A stretch of DNA of 64,000 bases from Selaginella moellendorffii (Eukaryota; Plantae; Lycopodiophyta). The position numbers and the translations under genes are program-made. Under the pieces are notes generated by a model. That model was not told where the DNA came from. It saw only the letters and a list, made by a program, of their open reading frames with translations, and did no database searches. Where the stretch lies: assembly GCF_000143415.4 (NCBI RefSeq), contig NW_003314397.1, positions 278,515 to 342,514 on the forward strand. The letters run 5' to 3'. Each line of letters begins with the position of its first letter. Position 1 is the stretch's first letter. Positions 24,595 through 37,812 of the stretch are shown here, one piece after another.

Positions 24595-27500
24595 CTAGCT
24601 AGCGGTGGCGGCGGCGGTGGCCGTGGTAGCAGTGGGCGATAGCTCCGCCGCCGCCTCCATGTAACCCAGTAGCTTCTCCAGCCGCTGCGCTACGTCGCAG
24701 TGGTAAGGCAGCGGTCGGCGGCGGTGGAGATACATGGGACTGATGGTCAGCCATGACAGGCCATAAAACTCGGCTCCAAGTTGCTCTAGAACGTAGCGGA
24801 TTTGCTGCTTGATGCCGCTGCTGCTCCCTTGCTTTCCTGTGCTGGCACTGCTCCCGCTAGTGTTGCTGCTACTACCGGCGTTGTCACACAAGCCATTCCC
24901 ACCCAGACGCATTCCTTGCGTCTCCTGCCGAGCCTTGGAGGAGCCAAAGTGTGCTACGAGACCGATCTGGAGCGTGCTCGGCCATTCCTCCTCCATGGAA
25001 ACTTGAGCAACCTCGGCTCGTAGAGCTGTGGTCGGGCCGGAGATGACATAGCCGGATGCAACGGGAGAGACGGAGCCTCTGCTCTGGATCCACTGTCCAA
25101 ATGCCGGGACGTTGACTTTGTTGCTAGCCACCGAGTCTGACGAGGAGAGCGAGCGTAAACCGTGAGCGGGAATGAAGAGGTAAGCCCCGTTAAGAGAAGC
25201 GATTGTTTTTGCCATGCCAAAACCGGAGGCTAGTCCACTCGAGCTGGCTACGGACCATGTCGAAGCTGCTGGAATGAAAACTTCAGTCAGCGAATAGTTG
25301 GATACGAAGGAAATTCCAGCTTACCAGCAGATTCGGCGAGGCTCAGCACCTGCAATGATTCGTCACCAGACACCGTTGCCAAGGTCACACCGGCAAGCTT
25401 CCCAGCATGGAAGTTGATCTCCGGCTTTGGGAGTAAGCCGCGCGAAACAAAAGACGACGACGAACCTGGAGACGATGGAAATCCCACGACTGCGCTCACA
25501 TTTCTCTGCTGGGACAAAGAGCTAGCATCACCGCCGCTGTCCGGACGAATCACCACGGGCCATACTCTGGATTCATCTCCCGCGATGTTCATAAACACGC
25601 GTTGCCATTCTGGAGCATGGTCGAGGATCAGTTAGCTTGATAAGAAAAAGTATAACTTGATCATACCTTGGTACTCGGTTTCATACAGATCACCCATACG
25701 GGTGACGGTAACTGTGTGGCCCCTGTTGCCTGCCGTTCGAGACATGGTTGCCAAGAGCTGCTGACCCTGTTGCATTACCTGACTAAAGAGCTGACAGAGT
25801 TCTTTGGAGCAGTCATCCTTATCCTGCGTGCACCGGGGACTAGGAAATACGTTCACGTCCAGCATCTTCCCTTGGGAATCTATCCAGACGGCGATCAGCC
25901 ACAGCCAGTTGCTCGTCCACGAATAACAGCAGTGAAAAGAGAGTGGCTGGCTGCTAGTCCTGGAGACCCCGTCCGCTACACTGCCAGTGTCTGGTATCCC
26001 AAAACTCTGTGTCGAAACCTCTTCTGTTCTGGCTTTGGTCAGTTGTCCCATAGAGTGGTCCAATATACAACCATCCGCGAGAATAAACAGAGGCTCGTAT
26101 AAGAGTCGGAATGGTGCTGGCGGACCGGAAGCAGACGTTTCCAATAGCCTGGAAGAAGACCATGACTTGTCCCAGCGTAAGTTTCCAGTGTCCAGTAATG
26201 AGACATTCCGACAGTCTTTCCATGTCATCGCAGTATTGCTCTGCAAACCCATACGGGATTTAGATGCAAAGCCATATTGTTGCGTATCTTCAGCAGCTTT
26301 GTATGGTATACGACGCAGCTTGTTGTATACTGCAAATGATAGCTCCTTCAGGATGTCAAGCCCGGCTGCAGGCGAGCTACTCAACCTTATCACCGTTTCG
26401 GGAGTTACCACTTGCAAGGCTAGCCTTCCGATAGAAAATCCGGCAACTGGTTGCTTTCCATCCTCCATTGAATTTTTCCCTGAAGCCTTTTTGATGTTTA
26501 AGTTCGGTCCAATGCTCTGACAGGTCTCCATCAGCGTTTGCAAAACCATGGAGGGCTCCGACGAAGGACTTACAACGTAAAGAACCTGCACTTGTGTGTT
26601 AGAAAATACATACAACGTGGCCATCGCATACCGTGCTGGGGCTGTTTTCATGATCAGCCTCCAGGGATACAGAATTGCCGAGGTTGAGGGATTTGCACGC
26701 TTTTCGAAGAGACTTTCGAAATTCGGAGACATCCCAGCCATTATCCATAGCCGTTATGTAGTCGTTTGCCAGATTAATAGATGAGGAACTTCCTTTAAGC
26801 TTGGAAGGAAAATCTACTGGAACGAATCCAGGTAGCAAGCGTTTGCTGACAGTTTGTGCCGTGACATTTGCTGGAATGTGTGCTCCAAGCTTGCATGCTT
26901 CATAAACTGCACAAATAAAAAAAATAAAAAATGAGGGGAATCCCAACAATGGTGGCATTGAAGACTTACCACTACTGAGTTGCTGAAAAAACTCAAGTGC
27001 GGAACACAGCAAAGGATCCAAACCAGCGCAAATAACGTAGTATGTAACCTTCGAAAACGAGTCAGTGAATTTGGAAGACTTAGCAAATGAAAAGTAAGCC
27101 TTACAGATTTCGGGTAGCCATACGGTTCGAAAGGAGCTTTTTCCCAGTACCGCAGAGACCTTGGAGCCGTTCTTAACCAATCTTCTTGATATCTGAGACG
27201 AAGACACTATTTAGGACAGCAATGAAATGGCAAAAGAGAGAAATACCCGACGAGAAGAGTAGGCACTGGAAGCATCGCGTATGATAATGCTTGACTTTCA
27301 GCATCATCAACACACAACCTTCTCTGAGCAGCATCCTCAGCCTCTCGACCACTCCTACGAAATTCCGGAGCATGATTATCCAGATCCTGCAAAGACACTA
27401 CCTTCGCCGATTGCGGAGGCGTAATAGGCTCGCCGGTTATACTGCTGACAAGGTCCTTAGAGTCAGATGGTCCTGAATGATTGTCTGTCGGAGTCTTACC

Positions 27501-30500
27501 CCGACACCACTCAGCCAAGCTCAACGGACCAGCCGCATTGATATCACTAAACGCAACACCCACAGCCTGACGCATATCTGACTGAAGAATGCTTGCTACT
27601 GTAGCAGGAGAAATCTGCACACCACCACCGCAGAAAGCTTGGTATTGAATGAAGAAAAAAAAAAACAGACACTCACCTCGGTGATAGAAGGATCACACAC
27701 ATCACTTGTCCAGCTCAGATCCTGTTGACTTAGCTTCTGCTGTAAAGTCAGCCAAGCTAATGCACCATCTCCATGCTCCCCATTCAGAGATATGTCATTG
27801 CAACAAGCTGCTTGTTGAACTAAAAGCGGTATCAAGTCGACGATGTCCTGCATGGCCGCGTCGCTTATTTCAGACGGAGTGCCAACCTCTGGAGATGCTA
27901 TATTGGAAACCGCTCCGCGGCCACCATCCGGAGGCCTTTGCTGCGGCTTTGGTAAACCAACTGGACGCCATACGCCAACCTCAACTGGCCGAGGCCCATC
28001 GTGAGATAAGTCATCCGTATCTCCAGCAATTCTTTCAGGAACTTTCTTCCGATCAGGCTTGCGTCGTAAGCTGTCACAGGCATCTGACGAGTCCGTTATT
28101 TCAGAAGTGCATTCCTTATGAGACGACTCTGTAAGCTTGGCATGTTCGTTAGGATGAGCACAGTACGCGAATCCTTTGACGCTGTGGAGTTGAAGTTGAA
28201 ACATTGCACATTCCAACTCCGTTGCAAGTGTAGCAGCCAGTGGCCCTTGTATTCGATGGGAGTTACCAGTCTTCGCAACCAGAGTATTGTCCGTAGGCGA
28301 TGTTTCACCATACTTTAAGTTGCCGAAATTGTTAACTGCTACATTTTTCCGTTCTTCAAACTCGGTCCGCCATCTAGAGTGCGCTTTACGTTCGTACGAG
28401 TCTAGCTTTGGCGTCGGTGGAGGAGTCGCTCCATAAACATAGCTTGCGGACTGAGAAGCTGAAGTTTCCTTTCTTGCATCTGGTTTGTATGCAGGTTTTC
28501 TGTCCAGCTTGTCCAGACCAGTAATATCGATAGGAGCATACTCGGAAGCAAATATCAAGGCCGCTTCGGACTTGGCCACTAGAGAAAGACCGGCAGGAAC
28601 GAGAACAGGCGGTGAAGATTCTGGTTCGCACTTCTCATCGACGACTGTGCCTGTATCCTGTTCCTTTTCCAAATCTTCCGCTTGACCCAATACCTCAAGC
28701 ATAGGAAAATCCAGTATCGGTAGTCGCATTGGATCTGAAGTCTCAATAAACTGTGTTCCCGGAGTATTCGACCCATCACCGTCAAACGGGAACATGTATG
28801 ATTGGGATTCCATCGTCCCTGGAGGCTACACAGCCACGAAGTGCGCGTCAGGCAAAAATCTGGTCGAAAGAAGAAGCAGCATACCTCACCGAAACCAAGC
28901 CCGTCACCTTCAAAGAAATCTCCAAAATCTCCGAACTCCGCAAAAAAGTCTGCATCACTTTGGATGTTAACCTGATCGGTCCAGTCCCAGGGTGTCCCCG
29001 CCTGACTTGGTGCACCTTTCGTGGACTCGGCATTATTTGCTGCTGACGATGAAATCTCAGGGCTAGTTCTTCTTGCAGATTTAGAACTATTGTGCATATC
29101 ATTTCCGTGTTCTCTCCCGCGCTTTGATCCCTGAAAAGCAGCGCAAGAGATAGATAAGTCGGCAGTAGCAGCAGCTTACCGGCAGACGCTTATTATCGCC
29201 ATCTGGGGTGCGTCCTGACGAAGATATCATCGTCCCATTTGGTCCAGCCAAAGTAGCGGCGGAATCTGCATCTTCCCTGTAGTCGCCATCATCATTCACA
29301 TCACTTTCACTGCCCGAGCTGCCCCTACTGTCACTACTTTTGATACTGCTACCACCGCTACCGCTGCTAGTGCTGCTTTTGCTGCCATTGCTATTCAGCT
29401 TCCAAATAGTATTAGCTTTACCCATAGCCTGTAATCTATGTCTGCACAAGATAAACATTGAGCTGCATGTCCTTAGGAGATACAAAGAGCCTTACCCTGC
29501 CAGATTTGTAAGCGGTAGAAATTTTCTTACGGAAAAGGCGTCCTCAAGCCAATGCGTTCCGGCCTGCTTTCGAAGCCAGCACCTGCCGATAATTTAAATC
29601 AATATACTTTGCGCGGGCGCCACCTCGTAAGCATACCTTTTGAGGTAAGTTCGAGCAGAGATCGGAGGCACGGTCGGAACAACCACAGCTTCCGGCGGGA
29701 AAATGAAAACCTTTTCAATCCACTGGTTCTGATCCGTCTTGGGCTGAGACTTGCCTTTGGCTAGCTGGAACCTCATGCGAACTTCGACATACCAGCTTCG
29801 AGAGGCAAATCCTCCATTCCTCGGAGTGACTGAACTTTTGATGCTAGAGTCCTTCAGAGGTCCAGACTTGCTGCAATGGCAACAGTATTTCGAGCACTGG
29901 CTCTATCAGCCTGCATAGCAGCAAGTCCATTGTCTGCAATCTATATTCCCAGCAATGTTCTATGAATGACAATGCACAAGCATGCAGCTACTCGTTTTTA
30001 CCTTTGGGATATTTGTCGAACCAGATCTCCAGGGCAGCATCCAGTGAGCCATCCCGTCAGACCATAGGGTGCAACAACGACTACATAAACACAAAATAAA
30101 AGGAAAAAGAACATGAGACAATCCGATCGCTTTTTGTTGCATACCAGCAGGATTCTCTATCGATGGTGTAGAAGAGGTCAGATGCTGCGTAAGTACAGCT
30201 CGAACATCTGACGCTGCCAAAGGCCTCATTCGTCTGCATCGATAACACCAAGTTAGAGCATCCCATGCGGTACAGACGAAGCCTAACCTTCTGGAAATGC
30301 GCAAGTGGAGAAACACGCCTTCTTCACTCGCAAAAAACGTAGCTTCACAAGACGGAAGTGTTCGTCTGCCAAGTAGTTTGGATTCATAAGAGCAGAGAGA
30401 CGCGACCAAACCGAACCCCACCTGAAGTCTGAATCATCTGCGGTGTATCTCTTGCACTTGACAAACATATCACCGAAACGAACGTAAGCAAAAGCACCCA

Positions 30501-31159
30501 GCGCCCTGCTCAGGGAATACAAATGCATAAGCTAAGGCCAGAGCTACAAAAATTACTACTTCACCTTTCAAAGCGATTGCGAAGGGCTTGGCATAAGGCT
30601 GCTGTCACTTCCGTCGACGTCCCGGGACAGGTCCACACTCCGGATTTTAAAACTGCCAAAAGAAAAGCAAAGTGGCATAAGTTCGAGCAGTAGCAAGACA
30701 AGAGCGGAGTTGGCAAAACCTTTCAAATCCAGAGACGGCCTGCTGTCAATGTGACGCCCGGGTAAAAAGAGCCACAGTTTGAGCTTTTGGCCTGCAGCAA
30801 AAGACACAGAAAGAAACTCAGTAAATGGATCCAAGCCTCGAGTTTCACTGGCCTTTGTCTTGTGACGAATAAGTCCATGAACTAAGTCGTCCTTCATTCT
30901 GGAGCTCAATGTGTGCTGCGAGGAGCTGCTTAGCGAGCTTATCTTCGCTGCATTCTTGATTCTTCCTGCTCGCGAGGAAAGCGTTACACTAGGCTACATT
31001 CCTGTTTGTCTAATCACTCTTACCTCTGGGAATCGTCCGCAACGAGCTGAAACCACGAGACTTCTTGCAACCCGCCCTGTAAAACCGGCATTCATCAGCA
31101 ACGACAGCTCCAACCGCGACAGCAGCGCTTACAATTCGGAAGACATTGGTGAACATCAT
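24595..31159 (-). CDS. MED13: Mediator subunit 13 (CDK8 module)
   Basis: MFTNVFRI start, KLKLWLFLPGRH, YVRFGDMF, FFASEEGVFLH, DADFFAEFGDFGDFFE, ELSFAVYNKLRR, and C-terminal LSWLTISPMYLHRRRPLPYHCDVAQRL. Confidence 0.93.
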
Positions 31160-32049
31160 CGTCGCGGGGCTGCTGTGGCGCCTTGGCCAGCGCCACTGCC
31201 AGTGCCACGCGCTAACCCTAACCCTAGAGTGATGGACACGTGTGCGGCGAGGATTTGCTTCCACTCTAGTTTAAAAGATTTTTTCAACAAGATAACTATG
31301 TCCCAGATGACGATGGCCATTCGTAAGCAGCAGTAGCTGCAGTGGTGCCTTGGATGAAGTTCAGATTGCTCAGCTACAGAATCAGGCAATGCAAGAAGCC
31401 GCAGATCTGCTCTCCAGAGGGGTGAAGCATGGTTTGCGGACAAATCAAAAGTTCGTGGGGTTTTCATTGTTGGCAATGGTGTCGGTGATTTGACATATAC
31501 TTCGAGTTTTATCCATTGGATAAAATCAGGTATGCCCTTTGCAGCTTCTGCGACGAGTGCTGGGAGTGATATGGACCAGATTGCATCCGAAGCAGATGTC
31601 TGGAACAGAATTGTGGTGCAGTTGTGCAGTGATGACCTGGTTTCAGAGAGCCTTGGACCGCCCTAGAAGGTGCAATGGGCCTGGTGATGTTTCCCTGATC
31701 TCTCACCAACACAGCTTAGTTCAAACTCTTTGCTAGTGAGTGGCAGCCTCATGACACGAAACAAATGTGTGCACGTGATTCAACTTCATAGTGCAGACAC
31801 AGGATCTCACCCCTGAGATACTCTAGACATTAATTGAAACACATTTGCTTTTAAAACAAAAGAACCCACATCCACAATCAATCTACAAAAACGAATATAA
31901 ACACACTCCAATCCAATCACACTCTAAGAAACACTATTAAATACAGAAGCCTTGAACCCATTGCTTCCTGCTCTTATCCTTATATTCTTGGGATCTTGGA
32001 ATCCCCTGCATGCTCTGTAATTGCACCTTCATTTTGATCGTTCACGAGT

Positions 32050-33075
32050 TTGTGCGGTACAGCCTCTTATGTGGAAAGCCAGACACCTGGGTGTATGTTG
32101 GCCGTTTTAGAAGCCACAGACTGGAGCCTCCGAAGTGACATGCAAGTGTCTTGTGACTTTCTGCTGGGGGTGCCTCGACTAGCCGCAGCCTTCGGTCTCG
32201 TGCGAGCTCGCGGCCAAGTGGAACGCCAAGAACAAGTCCGAGAGTGGCAACGTTGCATGGCTGGTTGGCAAGTGCAGCCGGCCCATAGAGAAGAACAGGC
32301 TTGACATGATGTTGTTTCTTCTAAAAGGAACAAAGCCTTTGTGCCGCTCCATGCAAGCACCAGTTTTGCTGGATCTGTCTTGAAGCATGGCGCTTCCGGC
32401 TGGTGGAGGACGATTCTGTGGCAAAAGACAGGCGCAAGGCCCGAATGGACGTGAAGCGATACGAGCACTTCTTTGCGAGGTTCGAGGCGGGCCAAGTCCA
32501 TGGACAAGGTGCAGAGCGACTTGAGCACGGTCATTCCAGACCAAGCTGAACAAGGACGGTGACACCTATATCGAGCTCAACTTCATACTCGATGCGTGGA
32601 AGATGAGTGTCCGGTGCCGCAGGGTCATGAAGTGGAGCTTCGTGTATGAATACTACTTGTGTGCTTGTGATCATCAAGACAACTCGTACAAGGTCAGCCT
32701 GTACAATTACCTCCAAGATGCCGCTGCGGCCTTGAGACAGGCTTCACATTGCGCCGAGAACGAGTGCAAGGATGCGAGGAGAGGATCGGCTTTATAAGCT
32801 CGTCACACTGACAAAGCGCACCCAACAGTTTATGGCCAGCTCTCTAGAAGCCGGGCTTGACGTTGATGTTGCTTCTAAAAGGAATGAGGCCGAACAAAGC
32901 ACTAAGCCGGCCAAACGTAATGCTGAATTGACATAGATGGTCCGACTGTCTTCTATCCGAGTTGGTATAGAATGAGGAAGACCTACTCTTCTTCTTGAGA
33001 AACGGATGGAGGTGCAAGAATTGCAAGCTTATCAATCCTATCTCGAAGTCCAAGTGTGATGTCTGCCTTGCCTAG
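32050..33075 (+). pseudogene. Degraded ARIADNE-type RBR E3 ligase with C-terminal RanBP2 zinc finger
   Basis: Fragments in shifting frames: SGNVAWL..KCSRPIEKN, PCKHQFCWICL (RING2), KRYEHFFARF, CRRVMKWSFVYEYYL, SLEAGLD and WRCKNCKLINPISKSKCDVC*. Confidence 0.8.
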
Positions 33076-33123
33076 AGATATTCAAAGTGATTATATCATT
33101 GAAAAATAGCTATACTCGCCCTC

Positions 33124-34209
33124 CTAGTCTCCATTTACAAATTGCTTGTTCGCGTAGTACCTCCGCTCACTCTCGGCCTTCTTCTCGTTGCGCTTCTGTA
33201 GAGACAAACATTTTCTCAATAACGGCAACTGGTTTATATCGTAACGGCACTGACCCTGAAAGCCTCGTGGTTTGCGACAATGCGCGCGATTATGGTTGAC
33301 GTAGTTATGTTCCGGGGGCTCTCCAAAATTTTGAATTTTCCTAGCTGCTTGGGACACGCATATGGATCGAAATCACCCTGGAAGGGAGCACAAGAGAGTC
33401 GGTGAGAGCTCACTCAAGGCACCAGTATACCTCTTTAAAATCAGTGGTCTCCGCCACGGTTCCATGTACTACCAAAGAGATGTTGAACGTAGTGACCTGA
33501 TCAACACGAAATAGATGTGGTGTTAGCCATGAGTCTCTATCTACATCATATGATCTCACCATGTCTTTCGTGACTTCCCATGGTGCTCCAATGATGATTT
33601 CATCGGCATACCTGCAGGAGAGAACACTGAGGCTCCGCTCATGTAGGTTCATCACCGGATGATGTGCACCCCTTCGAGTCCTGTGAACAAAAGCCACTCG
33701 CTAAACAAACAGCATAGATGTTTCAAAAAGGAGCATCACCTCACTGTTTGGTCCGTGTGAATTCCCACGAGTAAGAAATCGCCCAACGCTTTGGCACGCT
33801 CCAAAATCTGGAAGGACCAAAAGAACAGTAAAATTCCAACAATATCGAATATAAAATACCTACAGCCACATGCCCAGCGTGGAACAAGTCAAATGCGCCA
33901 TCAATGTAAACAATCCGAGCGTCTGGCCTTGGACCCTGAGAGAATAAAGTTTAGAAAGAATAAATTAGTTGGCAGAGCTCAATAATGGTACACACCTTTC
34001 CATTTGAAAACTGAACTATGCGACGCGAAGTTGGCAAAAAATGGGAGATCTGAGTCTGGGGATGACTGTCTGGGCCATGGCTGTGGCCGTGACTGAACTG
34101 ACGCTGCAAAGACGCATGGTTCTGGATTTCGCTGGGTGGCCGGTCTCTCACGCAAAGCAGCATCCTTCCTGTAGCAATTGCAGCTCGACATGAGTGGAGA
34201 GAGAGAGAG

Positions 34210-34244
<35 letters not shown>

Positions 34245-34883
34245 TTTCAGTACCAACAATGTCCGTGCTCGACACTCCCTCTGTACGCTTGATCTGCTTG
34301 TAGCGGCCGGCCTTTTTGGCGTGTGCGTACGCGTCGCTGCCATCGGGAAGAAGGCAAGGATCGTCCCCGTGAATGATATAGTCGATGCGGTACTTCGTAA
34401 AGAGCTTGTTCATGAATTCCTCGTTGATAGCGTACGGAGCATCCTCAATAACTTCGTCCACCCATTTCACGGAGCGAACCATCGCCATCCTTTATGGAAG
34501 AGATGTTAGACCAAGGAGAAAAAAAAAAAAAAAAAACTCTTAAGAGCCCACCTCTCGTCCATGGACATGACTGGCGGTCCCTTGTTGCTCTCAATTTCTC
34601 CATCGCTCACAACTCCCACCACAAGCTCGTCACCGAGCGCTCTCGCCTGTCGCAGCGCATTCGCATGGCCGTAGTGCATAAGATCGAAGCAGCCATCCAT
34701 GTAAACCCTCACGCGCCGGTTCTCCTTTTTCTTGGGCAGAAAGATGCCGAAGGCCGGAATCGCGACTGGAATGAATCCCAAGAAATGCGATGACAATCCC
34801 AGAACAGCTGCTGCCAGGATGAGTCCCGCGACTAGCAGCTGCGCTACCTGTGGCGCGTCCGAGTATCTCATGCTCAACCCCAT
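33124..34883 (-). CDS. PECT1: Ethanolamine-phosphate cytidylyltransferase
   Basis: N-terminal membrane anchor, RVYMDGCFDLMHYGHANALRQAR, IIHGDDPC, KRTEGVSSTDIVG, and a second CT domain with YIDGAFDLFHAGHV. Confidence 0.95.
34197..34239. repeat. (GA)n microsatellite in a PECT1 intron
   Basis: Direct observation. Confidence 0.9.
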
Positions 34884-35298
34884 GGCGACCAAACTTCCGG
34901 GCCGCTAAAGCTTCTAGCTCGATTCTAGCTACCCCCTCACCAGAGATTGGAAGAAAGAAAAGAAATTCGCCGCCACATCCAGCAGCACTGTGTCGTTCTG
35001 GCGTGTCGGTGCGTGTGATCGCGCTGCGCTGCTGCGTGTTAGATCCAACGAAGAACCCTAATCCACTTTAAATCTTAAGGTCGTGGTGCTAGTGTGAACT
35101 GGGACCGTTACACGGTGACTAATCGCATAGTGCCGCGTCAGTGGTCTCTTCTGTGTCACCCACTCAGACGATGCCATGTAGGTGGCCAAGGGCCAGCGTT
35201 AACGATCTTAGGCATATTCGCGCTGGACGAAATGTGGGCGGAAGTCAAGGCGGGAAGGAGCTAGGGTTTTAGTCGTGGAGACCTAATCCCCCGGCGCC

Positions 35299-37637
35299 AT
35301 GGAGCAGCGCGAGGTACTCAAGGTAGGCGCTCCCTCAATCTCGCAAAATTTGAGCTCCATGCGCTTTGGGAATGCGCAGAAGTCGAGAGTCCTCATGGTT
35401 GGAGCTGGCGGTATTGGCTGCGAGCTCCTCAAGACTCTGGTGCTCACTGGCTTCCACAACATAGACATTGTAAGTGTGAGAGGATTCTCTGGAATTTCAC
35501 ATTGACGAGAGTACACAGATCGACATGGACACAATCGAAGTTAGCAATCTCAACCGACAGTTTCTTTTCCGCAAGCGTCACGTTGGACAATCCAAAGCTA
35601 AAGTAAGCATCACTTTTTTTTCATTCTTTTCCCCTGATAGACCGCGATCAGGTTGCTCGTGAAGCGGTTCTAAAATTCCGGCCCGATGCTAATGTAACTA
35701 GCTATCACGCCAACGTCAAGGACGAGCAATTCAACGTGGATTTTTATCAGCAGTTCCAGGTTGTGCTGAACGGGCTCGATAATTTGGATGCCCGGCGTCA
35801 CGTGAATCGGCTGTGCCTGGCAGCGGGAGTTCCTTTGATTGAAAGTGGAACTACTGGCTACTTGGGACAGGTACTTAGAAGGTTTTAGTTTTTGGAAGTT
35901 CTTGGGTCCTTCGATGAAAATTCACTGCTGCAGGTCACAGTGCATGTTAAAGGAAAGACTGAATGCTACGAGTGCCAACCTAAGCCTGCCCCGAAGACTT
36001 ATCCGATTTGCACTATAACGAGTACGCCCTCCAAGGTACTTTTCTGTGAAATATGGCATTATCATCTCTCTCATTTCGGTCTTGCTCTTCAGCCAGTGCA
36101 CTGCATTGTGTGGGCAAAAGAGCTTGTTCTGGTCAAGCTTTTCGGTGACCGCAGCCAGGCAAGCGATCTCAACCTGCAGGCAGCTGACAGTGATCACGAG
36201 GATTTTTTACAACTACGTGACGCTGAGACTATCAGTGACTTCTGTGCCAGGGTTTTCGACCAAATCTTTGGTCATAATATTGAGGTGGCTTTAAAGAACG
36301 AGGATCAATGGAAAAACAGGAGGCGTCCCACTCCGTTGTTTCTTTCTGGCGTTCTACCCGAAGGGATTGAGACTTGCAAAGCACACAGGTTCTCAGAGTC
36401 CATCCTGTCGGTTATGCCACTGCTGGGATTCAAGAATCCTCAAGAAGTCTTGAGCCTTCAGGATAATGCCAGGCTTTTCATTTCTGCTATGCGTGCAATC
36501 CTGGAGACGAGAACGAAGGTACTCTGTTTCACTCGCCAGGACCACTCAGATTGATGCTCGGCTTGTTGCAGGAGATTGGAAGCCTGACTTTTGACAAGGA
36601 CGATCAGTTGGCAATGGAGTTCGTTTCGTCAGCAGCTAATCTGAGAGCGTACTCCTTTGGAATCCCTGTTATGAGTATTTTTGACGCGAAAGGTATTGCT
36701 GGAAACATCATACATGCAATAGCTACAACGAACGCTATCATTGCCGGGTTGATTGTGATTGAGGCCGTGAAGATACTTATGAAGGACCTCGACCACTGCA
36801 GGTAAGCATTTTAAAATCGTTGTTGGTGTGTTAGATTTTCTTTGTTTGGTTCAGGATGACGTACTGCGTTGAGCACCCTTCAAGAAAAAGATTGCTGATG
36901 CCAGCCGACCCTTTTGAACCGAATCCTAACTGCTATGTTTGTTCGAATGTGCGTTTAATTTTCTTTAGCGCTTTCTGGATTGTTCTGACTCTCGGATTTT
37001 ACTTTCCTTCTAACAGACTCCTCTCATCCTGGAAGTAAACACTGGACACACGAAACTTAAGGACGTGATCGATCGGATACTGAGAACCAAGCTGGGCGTG
37101 AGCTCTCCGGTTATCATGCACGGCACGAGTCTTCTCTTCGAAACTGGAGACGACCTTGGAAAGGAAGAAATTCAGCTCTACACCTCAAATTCTGAGAAGG
37201 TAGGGAAGTATTTTTCCAGTTCGTATGCACGATTGACCTCACTCGTATGTCTTTGCTTCAGGTTCTTGCGGAGCTCCCAACGCCGGTTACAAACGGCGGT
37301 GTCCTGTCCGTCGAGGATCTGCAGCAGGAGTTCAAGTGCAGCATACATATCAGACACAGGTTAGAGAGCTAATGTTGAAACTTGAAAGCTAACGGACGCA
37401 TTGATTTTCAGGGACAACTTTGATGAAGAAAAGGAACCAGATGGAATGGTGTTGATTGGATGGTCTTCCAGCGTGGCTGAGCAGGAGAAAGACAAAGGAA
37501 AGCCCATTGCAGCTCCAGCTGCGTCGGCAGAAGTTATTGACGACGATGACATTACGCTTATCGAACCAGCAGCCAAGAAGAGGAAGCCGGAAGACGACAG
37601 CGTTCCACTGGGAAAAAAGCAAAAGGTTCTAGAGTAA
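35299..37637 (+). CDS. SAE2: SUMO-activating enzyme subunit 2 (UBA2)
   Basis: [48 protein letters not shown] (catalytic Cys), [17 protein letters not shown] and C-terminal KKRK NLS. Confidence 0.95.
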
Positions 37638-37812
37638 AAAGCAGGCTGCTTAATCTCTGTAAAGCTGACTACGCTACAGGTATGTACCTCGGCTTTTTTG
37701 TACGCCCTCTTGCATTAACACAAACCGTTACTCGCTTTCCAGAATTTTTTGTTTTACTTCCGAACTGGTCTAGCCGTACCACGTAGAACATTTGCTCGAA
37801 TTTTGGAGCTGA

